Shown here: one piece after another, positions 13,301-25,371 of the stretch
Layout of the letters: each line of letters begins with the position of its first letter
Position numbering within the stretch: position 1 is the first letter of the stretch
DNA from: Callorhinchus milii
Taxonomy: Eukaryota
NCBI RefSeq assembly: GCF_018977255.1
Contig: NW_024704747.1
Span: forward strand, 806,001 to 870,000
Length of the DNA: 64,000 nucleotides
Reading direction: 5' to 3'
Position numbers and translations under genes: made by a program
The notes under the pieces: generated by a model
Told to the model about the DNA's origin: nothing
What the model saw: only the letters and a program-made list of their open reading frames with translations
Database searches by the model: none

Positions 13301-16300
13301 TTAAACAAAAATCAGAGCTAAGTCAGTGTCCCAGTAACCGGCTCCGATGCTGTGAGTCAGTTGCATGGCCGACTGGTTTCTGGGCTCCGTCACTGTGAAT
13401 GGTGTTTGCGGGCAGGGTGAATGCCAGCCTCCAGCGGACTCCTGACCGAGGAGACAATTAATACACCAATTAGTTGCTTTCTTGAGCAATATGTTAATTA
13501 GCACATCACGTCACAATTTTTTATCCACACCTCGTCAGAGAACAATGTTTTAATTCAACCCCCAAATCTCCCGTGGCTAAAGGTTGGAGCAAGAATTGTG
13601 ATACTATCTTAGTCACTCGCCCTCTGGTTTCTGGATCGGGTTGTGGATCAAAGTCTCCACATCAGAGACTTTGAGCTCAGTGTGACTGAGGCTTCAGAGC
13701 AGTACTTGGGGGAGCGCTGCATTGTTGGAGACTCTGTTCTTCAGGTGAGATGTTAAAGCCAGAGGTTCCTGGGTGTCCTGGCCGACAATCTTCCTGATGA
13801 ATTGCTGATTTACTTCACGGCTCTGTGGGGAACCTTACTGCATTGGCTACTGTATTTGCCTACAAGTTTCCCTGTGAAGTGTTTTGAGATGGTTCAACAT
13901 TATAGATAATAATAATCCTTGCATCTGATACAGCACCTTATATTGTGGTTGTCTACGTCTTAAAGTGCTTCACACGATACACTGTAAAGTGGATGGATTG
14001 TGTGTTTTGTGGGCGAAACGCAGCAGCCAATTGCGCACAGCAGTGTCCCCCACATGGATTGAGTGACCAATTTTCTTTTTTCGGAGGGATTATATTAGAC
14101 GCTGTATCAAATGCGAGAATTATTTATATATTTTGTTATAGCTGCAGGACCCGGGAACATTTCACTTGTGTGTTATTCTGAATGATTTGCAGCAGACGAG
14201 AGTCTTGTTTGACCAATGCCGTTTGCTGGTGTCTGTGATGTAAAGCATCCCGTTCCCAGCCTCTCCTCACACGCTCCAGTCAGGATGTATATTAGAAATT
14301 CTGCTCAGGTCAAGCTTTACTTCCTTGTTCTACATAAGAATTTGCTGGCGAAAGAGGCACAATGTACATCCAGTTCATCTTCCACCATCCTTGACATGTC
14401 GTGTCCCAAACTATATTCTGTGTTCTGAGATATTATTTTCTAAAGAAATCTATCAAATTTGTTCTTGAAAGAATCAATACTTTCTGCTTCCACCAGCTGT
14501 CTCCCGGGGGAGCCTGTTCTATACATTTACAATTCACTCACTGAAGTAGTATTTCCGAAATTATTCCCTTCAATCGCAGGCCGTGTCCTCTGGTTCTACT
14601 GTTCAGTACAAGATTAAAAACAGCTTCTCGTGGTTTCTGCTTTTCAAATCTTCAAACTCGTGGGTTCAAGCCTCAAATTAGTTATTACATTTGACAGCAA
14701 TTACCTGTGAAAAGCTTCAGATTTTTTGATATATCTATGTTTTTCTGTGCATGGCTTTCTGAGTGTGTGTGTGTGTGTGTGTCCCTCGCTGTCAGTTTCT
14801 AATCGTGCACTTGTGTGCCTCTGGTCTGTTTTGCTCTGACTGCATGCCTCTCTCACTGTGTCTCTCTGTGACTCATTGAGAGTGTAAGCCTTTGTTTCTG
14901 TCTAGCTCTGAGTGTCTCACTCTAGGTGACTCACTGTGAGCTTGCGAGTGTCTGGGTGTTTCACTATGTCAATGAGTAATAATAATAATAATTCTTGCAT
15001 TGGATGCAGCGCCTGATTAAGTCGTTGAGACTTCCCAAAGATCTTCACAGAATAGTGAATTCTGTTTCTGGGTGTTCGGCAGTAAATGTATGTTTGTCTG
15101 TCTGGATGTCTGTCTCATTGTGAGTCTGTGAGTGTCTGTCTCTGTGTGTGTCTCTCTCTGGAATTTCTATAATGTTCATTGTTGAGAATAGCAATCTTTC
15201 TCATCGGGATTTTCTGTTTAAACACACCTAAAGGGAAATCCCAGATAACTCTGTTGTGAAAACGAGCGCTGTTTCTCATGATCAGCGTAAGATAGATCCT
15301 ATAGTGTCCCTGTCTCTTGTCTTGCTGTTTGTGTTTGTCTGTCTCTGGGGCCTATCACGTGAGCATCGCTAAAAATAGAAACCTTTTTCTATTGTGTTTT
15401 TTTAAATCTTGTGTCCGTTCTTCCAGGACCACTTCACTCATTTCTCCATATCTGTGCACTCTCTGTATTTGGTACCTCTGTACCTGTGTGTATATCAGAT
15501 ATAGCTTTGTGTTTCTGCAAATGTAACTGGAGCCTGGGCTGCACCTATAACTAGGAAAAGGAAAGCCACCCCACCCCTCACACACACACAGAACTGCGCG
15601 AGCTGCAGACAGCACACTAGGTTTATAGACCCCCCTCCCCACCAGGAGCGAGGATGGTAGGGGCTAAGCTGCTTGGCAGTGCAGAGTGACTCCTGAACAC
15701 TTGTTACATCTCGGCTCAGCCAGACTACGGGACCACTCAAATGGCCATTTACACCCAAGGAAAATTGGTTTGATTACTTGTTAACTGATACGTAGTGCGT
15801 CCAGCTCACAAGAGCAACAACCTAGCTTCAGCACAAATGAAAATTTAATGGGATTAAATATGTAGCTTCCAAACAAACTGGCAGCACATCACACAGCAAG
15901 CAACAGAAGCAATGTGCTGGCTTCAACCCGCACACCAAAGCTTTGCTTTATGTCTGCTTTCCTCCCAACATGATCTAATTTGCGGTATTTGCTAATGTGA
16001 AAAGTGCTGATACCAAATTTCTAGCAAACTGACAAGCTTTCGTCAGAGCGTGATGCTTTAGAATAATTTGTAAGCTAATTTGTTTTCTATTAACAAATCT
16101 ACTGTTTTAAGAAACACCACAGGAGAAATCTCAGCCTGACTCATCTGGTCACGCTCTTCTCTGGGTCAGAATGTTGTGTGTTCAAACCCATATATCATAC
16201 TTTCAGCTCAGCATCTAGGCTGATATTTTCAGTGCATTGCTGGGGGAAGAGCTGCATTAATAATAATAACCCGGTCCAATAACAACACACAAGGCTCTGA

Positions 16301-18856
16301 GCCAGTGACAGTGCTTTTACCCACTCAGCCAGGCTGGCATGGGAGAGCTAGCTACTGAGCCTCTCACTGTGCCCTTCGGGCCTATTCTAATCGAGTGATG
16401 GACCTCTTTGAGTCTCACTGGAGTGGCCCTGTGGCAGTCTGGTGATCAGGAGTTTCAGCCTGATGTATAATTCAGAGCTGTCATGTTCCATTCATTCAGA
16501 ATGAGATTCTAGATTGGAACAAACCCAGCCTTAGATGGTTAGCTCACTGAATAGAAGCAGAGTCGTGTGGTGCTCTGAGAGTGATGATGAGCTACCTAGG
16601 ACTTACCCGCAATTTACTTGTGTGGCTGAGCCTGGGTTTAGGAGTGCAGGATTGCACAGACTGGGAAAGCACTATTGTTCTCTATCTGATAGGCTCCAAA
16701 TCCAAACAATTCCTCCATCTCGTTTACACCTCAATTGATCTCTTCACTAAGTAGCTGTTTAATCCTCTCTTGAATTTGCTGACATAATCTGCCTCCATTG
16801 CCTCCCTGGGTGCAAATCCTTAACTGTCCAGTGGCTTGGACGTCCTCCCGAAGTGAAAGATATGTGTGAATGTAACTTGTTGTTGTGATGAACAATTGCT
16901 TTGACTGAGGAAGGGAAGCACCAGCCTCTGATGTTCTGATCTTGTGCTTTCAGGGGGAGTTGCTGAGCCCATGTCGCTGTGACGGGTCTGTACGCTGTAC
17001 CCACCAGCCCTGCCTGATTAAGTGGATCAGCGAGAGGGGGTCCTGGAGCTGCGAGCTCTGTTACTACAAGTATCACGTCCTCGCCGTCAGTGCCAAGAAC
17101 CCACTTCAGGTCAGTGCTGGGGCCAATCGACCCTCTTAGCCAGTGAAGGAACCTCACCGATCTACTTCAGCCACTTCTGGTGAAGCCCACTAGAGACATG
17201 GAAATACTACAGTAGGGTATTCTGTAGTGTATCCTGTAGCTGTTATTAGAGCAATCGCCTCACAAGCTCGAGGACGTAGGTTCAATTCCTGCGCGGGGCA
17301 AAACCTCAAGCAAGTGTCCTTACTCCACACGCCTGTTTACGTAGGAACCTGTCTGTTAGTCAATTGGCGGATTGCTTTCCAGGGGTAATCTCTTCAAAAA
17401 AAATAATTTGGTCACTCAATCCACGACTGTTTGTGGGACGCTGCTGTGCACAATTGGCTGCTGCATTTCGCCCACAAAATACACAATCAATTCACTTTAC
17501 AGTATATCCTGTGAAGCGTTTGAGACATCTCCACAATGTTTTCATTTTTTAAAGGATAGAGGGATTAGGGGATTTGGGGATAGGGCGGGTAAATGGCGGG
17601 GCAGGCTCGAGGGGCCGAATGGCCTACTCCTGCTCCTATGACTTATGGTCATACGGTGATTAGGCAAGATATCAAATGCAAAGATTATTATTATTATGTT
17701 CCATGTAACAAAGCCTAGAAACCAGTTGAACCATTTAATGTAGCCATTGTGACACCTCCCTCTCTGTTCGCTCCGTGCAGTGGCAGGCCATCTCCCTGAC
17801 GGTGATCGAGAGGGTCCAGATAGCAGCCGCCATTCTGGGATCCCTCTTCCTCATCGCAAGCATCTCCTGGTTAATCTGGTCGATCATCAGCCCGTCGGCC
17901 AAGTGGCAGAGACAGGACCTTCTCTTCCAGATCTGCTACGGCATGTACGGCTTCATGGACATTGTCTGCATCGGTGAGTGTCCGTTTTGTTCACTTCACA
18001 GTCACTGAGCATTTACAGCAAAGCAACAGACCATTCGGCCCTGTACAGGCACAAGCCTGCAGTGCAGTGGTTAGAGCGCTCGCCTCACAACAGAGAGGAC
18101 CCGGTTCAATTCCCGGCGGGTCAGGGCGAAACCTTAGGCAAGTTTCCTTACTCCACACACACACACACCCACACACACGCCTCTGTAAGTAGGAACCCAG
18201 TTGTTGGTTGATTGGCGGGATCGCTTTCCAAGGGTAATATTCCCTCCAAAAAAAATAACAAAAAAATGATCACTCAACCCACAACTGTTTGTGGGACGCT
18301 GCTTTGCTTAATTGGCAGCCGCATTTCACCCAAAAATACAGTCACTACACATTACAGTATATTCTGTGAAGCGTTTTGAAACGCTTTGAAGACGTGATGA
18401 GGCGCTGTATCAAATGCGAGGATTATTAATATTATTATTATCTAACCAATCCCATGTCCACTGTGGGTTGGAGCATGGAAACCCTTCACACTCTCTCTAT
18501 CTCTCCTTGGTTTTCCAGGCCTGATCATTCACGAGGGACCTTCAGTTTTCCGGATTTTCAAGCGATGGCAGGCGGTCAACCAGCAGTGGAAGGTGCTGAA
18601 CTACGAGAAGTCCAAGGACACTGAGGACGAAAAGAGCGGGACAGGACGCAGCAGCCGCTTTTGCCAAAGGAACTCACGGGCCGAGCACCCGCCCGCCACG
18701 AACAATGGCTCCCATGGCCAGCACCCCAGCAGGAACATGTCTGACCATCACTGTGCGTACACCATCCTCCACATCCTCAGCCACCTGAGGCCAAGTGAAC
18801 CGAGGAGCCAGACTGGCACGAGCAGGGAACTGGTGATGAGAGTGACCACGGTCTGA
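10330..18856 (+). CDS. MARCHF4: E3 ubiquitin ligase MARCHF4 (RING-CH, 2 TM); exons 10330-10746, 16954-17109, 17781-17973, 18519-18856; 367 aa
   Basis: [12 protein letters not shown] start; [16 protein letters not shown]|[36 protein letters not shown]; TM exon [10 protein letters not shown]...; C-terminus [10 protein letters not shown]. All introns GT-AG with consistent phases. Confidence 0.95.
12136..12324 (+). mobile_element. SINE 3' half
   Basis: Core plus tail, directly after a CR1 fragment (~12060-12130). Confidence 0.75.
12779..13135 (+). mobile_element. tRNA-derived SINE
   Basis: Full head, core and tail. Confidence 0.8.
13907..14093 (-). mobile_element. SINE 3' half
   Basis: Reverse core plus tail. 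Confidence 0.75.
17231..17696 (+). mobile_element. tRNA-derived SINE interrupted by a CR1 3'-end insertion (~17553-17652)
   Basis: The SINE tail resumes at ~17655 after the CR1-type end GGCTCGAGGGGCCGAATGGCCTACTCCTGCTCCTATG. Confidence 0.75.
18056..18440 (+). mobile_element. tRNA-derived SINE in MARCHF4 intron 3
   Basis: Full-length copy with an internal (CA)n expansion. Confidence 0.8.
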
Positions 18857-21321
18857 AGACGTCGTCATTTCACTCCAAGGACGTGAGGTTGGAAAGCCGG
18901 GGGGTGGGTGGGGGGGGGGGGGGGGGGAGGAGGAGGGGGAGGCATGGGGGTTTGACACTGACACTCAGACAAGGCAGTTGGAGCTTGGCTTCGACTGACC
19001 TGCAGGAGGTGTGGGGATCAGACCTCCCCCCCCCCCTCCCCCACCCAAAACCAGCGGCTAGAAGGGAGGGGTTGGACGGTGGGTTAAAATGAGCAATGGT
19101 TCGCAATAGCTGCGGGCTCAATACTCGAGTTTAGATAAAAGAAAAATGGGCAGAACTGTTACAAACTACGTTGTGGGAGTGTGCTCGTTTATTCCCATTC
19201 TGGTGTGGAGACGGCCAGTGATCTAACCATTGATTTATTTATAATTCACGCTGGGTGAGTCTGCACCACCAGGACCAAAGCACAAATTCCCACTCCACTG
19301 ACATCCATAGCCAGCATTCCCAGCTCTCCAGAATCTACACATAACACTCCCAACTGACATCTGCACACGGCATTGCCAATGCACATCCACGCACAACATT
19401 CCCAATTCATATCCATACACCAATATTCCCAATTGATGTCATGTTTATTCAGCCGGCTGTCTGACACAGGCAGAAACCTATCACTTTGCTGAACAGTATA
19501 CAAACCGAGTCCCACTTACGTATTCCAACTACACACGGAAATTTCCCTGTGCCTACATTGGAATGTGTACTCTCTGCCAGAGAGACGCATTCTGCTTGTC
19601 TAATTCCGGAGAATATGAGGTGCAGGTTGGCAAGAGCCAAGGCTTGGGGACACCAGAGTGTGCGTTGGAGATTTCTTTTCAAAAGAAATGTTTCCATTAT
19701 TTTCTTATTTTTCTCCTGTTGATTGATTTATTTCCTCTGCACCCGGTGTGCAGTCCCCTGGTCCACCCCCTGAACATAGATGTCCATACACTCTGTTCTG
19801 ATACCAATAAACAATACATTTCAGTATTCTCAGTCAATATCCGTACACAGTCTTCCCCAAGCTCTAATACATATACACGACATTCCCAACAGAATTCTCA
19901 ATACTTTGATATCCCAATATTCCCAGTTCTCCAATACCTGAAAAACAACAGTCTAAATGTTCCAGCATCAGTGTACAAAATTCCCAATCTTCCATCGCAG
20001 TACACATGTCCTGATCCAGCCTAACGTTACTCTGATACCGAGATCCTTATCCTGCCAAGCATTCCAACCTCATAGTTATCCTCATTGGAACTATGGTACT
20101 AATATTTAACCAGCACAACTTTGCAGTTAAACTATCATTAGCAAAGTAATCTCATTCTTTCCCATTATATCTGATATCTGTACAGAGCACAACATTCCCA
20201 TTATATCCCTGATATTGAAGCACAACATTCCCTTGATATCCCTTATCCAAGAATAAGATACCCATTATTTCCCAGATATCCTTATCCACGATGTAATGGG
20301 AATCATTGATTTCCTGTTTCACACAGAAAGCTCTAGAGATGTACAGTGACACACAGAGGGAGAATCAGATAGAAGAAGCAAGGTAGAAACCACTGTCAAA
20401 TCACATGCAGAATCTGATAGAAATCTTATTTCTACTTTTGGAAAGAAAGATTAAAGGGAGACATAATCCAGATCGGTGGATCAAGGTTGAACATAAGAAA
20501 TGACTAAAAGACATTCAAATCTACTCCACCCACCACAAACCATTCCATAGTGCACACTCAACAACCTCCCTCTCAACACATCCTTTAATATTTTTATTCT
20601 CCAAATAACGATCTTGCTGTCAAATCCCTCGATTGATTTCTCATCTGTGGCTTTCTGGGGACGAGCTTTCCACATTCTGGGAGAATGAACGTCTCTCAGT
20701 GCTATCCTGGTTTGCCCTCATGTTAATGTTATGAAAGGGGGACATGATTCAGGATGCTAAACTGCATGGATAATTCAGATGTAGACAGGTCACATAGATT
20801 ATTCTGTGCTCAAAGTATTGAATGAGTGCAGAATTGCAACACTGAAGTGTGACTAGAGATAAGAATATTCAGCGCTCCCCACACACACACACTGTATGTT
20901 GAATGAACTGCCATAAAAGAATGTTAAAATTACCTCTTCTTTAAAAAAGTCTTCAATTCTTAGCTCAATATTTTGGATGAATATATAACAAAGTCCAGAA
21001 ATCAGCTCCCCCCAAGGCTTGGTAGTTAATCACTCATTGCCTTCCTCTGGCCTATACAGATTAGTGAAGTCCCATGTTCCATTCTCCATCTGTGGTGAGT
21101 GGACTGATCTCAGCTGAGATAGCAGTAGATTCTCACCCACACAAACACACAGTCACTCCACTGTACTGTAAATCCTTCGAGGAGTTTTGACATATGTCCT
21201 CCTCAAGTGAAAGGCTTATAAGGATTATTCTAGATGGCGTAAAAATTCCGCCTTTGCATTTCTGATCTAAGGAAACATCTTTACTGTAGATTGGTGACTG
21301 TGTATTTTGTTAATACATCGT

Positions 21322-21641
21322 GGAGTCCTGTAGCTCAGTGGTTAGAGCACTCGCTTTGCAAGTGAGAGACCTGAGTTCAATTCCAGGCAGAGGGCGAAAC
21401 CTTGGGCAAGTTTCCTTACTCCACACAGAGCCTAATAATAATCCTCCAAAACAAAAACAATAATAAATTGGTCATTTTCAATCTACGACGGTTTGTGGGA
21501 CATTGCTGTGCACAATTGGCTGCCGCGTTCGCCCACAAATATACAGTCAATTCACTTTACAGTGTGTTCTGTGAAGCGCTTTGGGACGTCCTCCCGACGT
21601 GAAAAGCGCTATATCAAATGCAAGGATTATTATTATTATTA
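21322..21641 (+). mobile_element. Young SINE subfamily copy
   Basis: Intact tRNA-like head (TTTGCAA loop), internal deletion, tail GGGACGTCCTCCCGACGTGAAAAG. Confidence 0.88.
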
Positions 21642-22249
21642 TTAATGACTGGTTTATACACTTTGGAGCTGGCCGGATGGACCAAAGACCTTCCCCTTAT
21701 TGTGTCGCTCACTCTGTACTTTCCCAGAGGGCTGGTCGCTGCTCAGAGCTGGAGTCCCAATACCTGGCCTCGCTCCTAACCCTACAAGCCTGAACCACAG
21801 CAAGGAATCACCTTCAGGCCTTATTCATAGAATCATCAACATGACAGCACAGGAGAGGTGCTGGAGCTCAGGCCAGTCATAGCCAGGATTCACATCTGTA
21901 ACCAGATGTACGTCCCACAGACCCATAAGACCTCCTCTCTGACTGTGTGGGATGTGGAGTGTCCCAGGTCTGTGTGACAATGATATCAACAGGATTCACA
22001 ATGGATTAATCCTGTGTGAATCCAGGTTGCTAGTCCCACATTTTAGACCCTTATACAAGTTTAATGTGGAATAGGGGCAACCTCAACCCCAACTCCTACT
22101 GGGCTCAGTCAATGTACACGGTCCTGACTTTTGCAATCTGATGGTAATGACACTCAGAGAAGGTATAATAGCTGGCACTGACAATCTCTTCATCAGCCAC
22201 ACTGCTGGGTGTTATATACAAAGTTTTACTCTCTATCTAAACTGTGCAT

Positions 22250-22385
22250 TTGTTGACCTGGGAGTGTGGACGCAGTGTAGAGGGAGCTTTACTGTCTCTC
22301 TAACCCTAACCTGGGAGTGTAATGGACAGTGTAGAGGGAGCTTTACTGTGTTTATAACCTGTGCTATATCTGACCTGGGAGTGCT
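22250..22385 (+). repeat. ~55-60-bp dispersed minisatellite CTGGGAGTGT..CAGTGTAGAGGGAGCTTTACTGT
   Basis: About 2.5 tandem units; related copy at ~6115-6215. Confidence 0.7.
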
Positions 22386-23548
22386 GGAGATGTGCTCCAT
22401 ATTCCTCAGTATAAGTCACTAAACTGTCCGTTCTCATGGAGCTGTAGTCCAAGTTGCATGTCTACGTTAATGGCAAGAGCTGCTGTGCCACCTCTCCTCC
22501 TGACCCACCGCTGCATTCAGCTTGTACCTTACCCCCAACATCAGCCATGAGGGATCAGAGCCTCCCAGCAAAAGCCCTGTTTGCAACAAGTCTCACTGTC
22601 CAGTGGCTGTCAGTGACTGCACCCTCAGCATTCCACTCAAACCTCACACAGCGAGACACCGAATGGGACACCATCCATCTCCTCACAAGTGCACTTCCAC
22701 CATCTCTTCTAAACAATAACAAGTTGCATTTATATAGTGCCCCTCACGCAGGGGGGGCGTCCCAGAGCGCTTAAAGATGTGATCACGAAAGAACAAAGGA
22801 GTGGGTTGGGGGAGAAGCTGTTTGTTAATCACTTCAAGAGTAGGACTTGGATAAACCAATTAGGCCATTTTACTGGTGTCATACTTATTTCAATTGAAAA
22901 TTAACATCAATGTATTTATGCCCATCGTGTCTGTGCTGGGGCTCGCTCCCCCACTGGAGCTCTCTACTCTAACCCCATTCCCTGCTCTCTCTCCCCATCG
23001 TGTCTGTGCTGGGGCTCGCTCCCCCATTGGAACTCTCCTATTCCTCACTCTTTACCCTTATTATTTTTCTTCAAGTATTTAACAAATTCCCTTTTAAATG
23101 CTGAAGTATAACTTAACCTTCACAGCCATTTGCAAAAAGATTCTAACATGCTGCTAAAAAAATCTAAGGCAGGCAAACATTTTGATGACCCACTGATAAG
23201 TGTTAAGACAGATGTTCTCCCAACACAGCAGCCCTCTTGTGTTGCTGTGGTCTGACCAAGAAATGTTCAGCGATAGGCTCAGAAATGGAGAATGATCCAT
23301 CCTCCCAGCTTCCCAACCGAGGTGGTCATTTGGGAAAAAGCAAAGATAGAAGAGGGAAATAAAAGTGCAACTAACAATTGGTTTTAAATCTAGTTGCCCA
23401 TTTGGGAGTTGAAATATATGACATTTTCTTGCAGCTTCAAAGTGCTAATTATCCTTGAATCCATTAAGAAATGGAGCATCTATCACCCCTTAGTATTAAC
23501 AAAAGCCTCCATTAGCTTTGAAGATTATTTTACTTCTTATTTCAATAA

Positions 23549-23703
23549 TGTGGTCACTCAATCCATGACTGTTTGTGGGACACTGCGGTGTACAATTACC
23601 TGCCGCATTTCGCCCACAAAATATACAGTCAATTCACTTACAGTGAGATGTCTCAACGACCCGATAAGGCGCTATATCAAATGCAAGAGTTATTATTATT
23701 ATT
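23549..23703 (+). mobile_element. SINE 3' half
   Basis: Core plus tail. Confidence 0.7.
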
Positions 23704-24172
23704 GAAGCGGTTAACACAAGCCCCTTAAACTGGGAGAGAAGGAAAAGCTGATCGGATTTGTTCCTCTGGAACCTGGAAAAACCTCTGGGAACATTTGTCC
23801 GGAATGGAAAGGAAATCGGGTTTCACGGCAGCTGCTGTCCATGCTCCCAGAGCTCGGAGGAAAGATGCTGGTCTTGTTTACAATTGTAAATATGTAGAAA
23901 TGTTCTTACATTAAAACTGACTCTGTGTTATACACCAGTCTCTTACTGACCTGAAAGACACTTCCTGCCTGTGCCACACACAACACATCATATTTTACAT
24001 AGCGCCTTTCACATCGGGAGGCACAACCCAGAATAACCACAGTGAACCACATACGATTCACTAAACCGGGGGAGTGGGGGCCACCTGTTGGCTGCTGAGG
24101 GCCATATGCCCTATTTGAGAAACATCCACGGGCCCCATAAACAACAATTTTGTGTTTCCCTTCCAGAAACAT

Positions 24173-24470
24173 GGAATCCTGTAGCTCAGTGGTTAGAGCA
24201 CTCGCCTTGCAAGCGAGAGACCTGGGTTCAATCACCGGCAGGGCAAAACCTTGGGCAAGTTTCCTTACTCCACACTTCTGATAATAAACCCTCGTGAAAA
24301 AACAATAATAGTCACTTCAATTCACGAGTGTTTGTGGGACGCTGCTGTGCGCAATTGGCTGCCGAGTTTTGCCCACAAATATACAGTCAATTCACTTTAC
24401 AGTATATTCTGTGAAGCTTTGAGACGTCTCGAAGACGTGTGAAGGCGCGGTATCAAATGCAAGGTTTATT
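24173..24470 (+). mobile_element. tRNA-derived SINE, short variant
   Basis: Head, core and tail with an internal deletion. Confidence 0.82.
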
Positions 24471-25371
24471 TATATTTATAAACATAACATTTACAGGTAA
24501 TGGAGGAGCGGGCAGGCCAGATGGAATGGAAAGAGGGGAGGCTCGGGGCCGGATGAAATTGGCCCATGGGCCACCTGTTAGACCACCCTGCAAGTGATCC
24601 AGAGCCTGAGCTCAGGCTTGTTCTTCTCCACACAACCCCAATCAATGAAAAGAAATAACTCGAGAGAACTTTTAATTGTATTTGCCATCATTAAACAATA
24701 GAACTTTAATCGATTGGCGGATCGCTTTCCAGAGGGTAATAAACCCTCAAAAAAAAATGTTGGAACTCTGCTCTGCACTTAAATCTGCAGGGCACGTGAA
24801 CAGGCAAATAGAAGGGAGCTCATCCACAGGACACCAGCCCTGCTCCTCTCCCTCCCAGCCCCCCAGCACTGCACTGCAGCACCAGACTTGGACTTGGACT
24901 GTGAGCTCAATGTTCACAATGTGTGGGTGTGGGGGGGGGGGGGAGGGAGACTTGATTCCTTATTGATTTATAATTAAGACTCAGCAATAACATGACATAC
25001 ACCATGCCGTGTGGAGTATACCCACTCTGGTAATAATTAGCATCACTCCCTCGAGCCAGCGTCATAGACGTGCGTATTTAATTAAGAGATCCTTTAAGAA
25101 ATTGTGGAAAATTGCCTACCCCCCCACCCCCCGGGATTTACTTAAATAAAAAGAGAAAATGCTCTTGCAGAGCCAGCTCCAGTGAGCACACAACACGCAC
25201 CGAAAAAAACAGAATTAGAGTTTACCATCGTTTCAACTCAGCCTGTAAATGGTAAGAAAAGCTCTGGTTTTGAGGGATATACGACAGCTGGCTGCTCCCA
25301 CCACGAGTCCCCTGCTTCGCCGTCCTGGCCAGACCCCGTGCCCAGTCCGTATAGAGTGTCACAGGAGCAGA

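Noticed and set aside
21322-21395. tRNA-Ala-like gene (also 24173, 32250 and others)
   Set aside because: These are SINE heads continuing into the SINE body; no proper acceptor stem or terminator.
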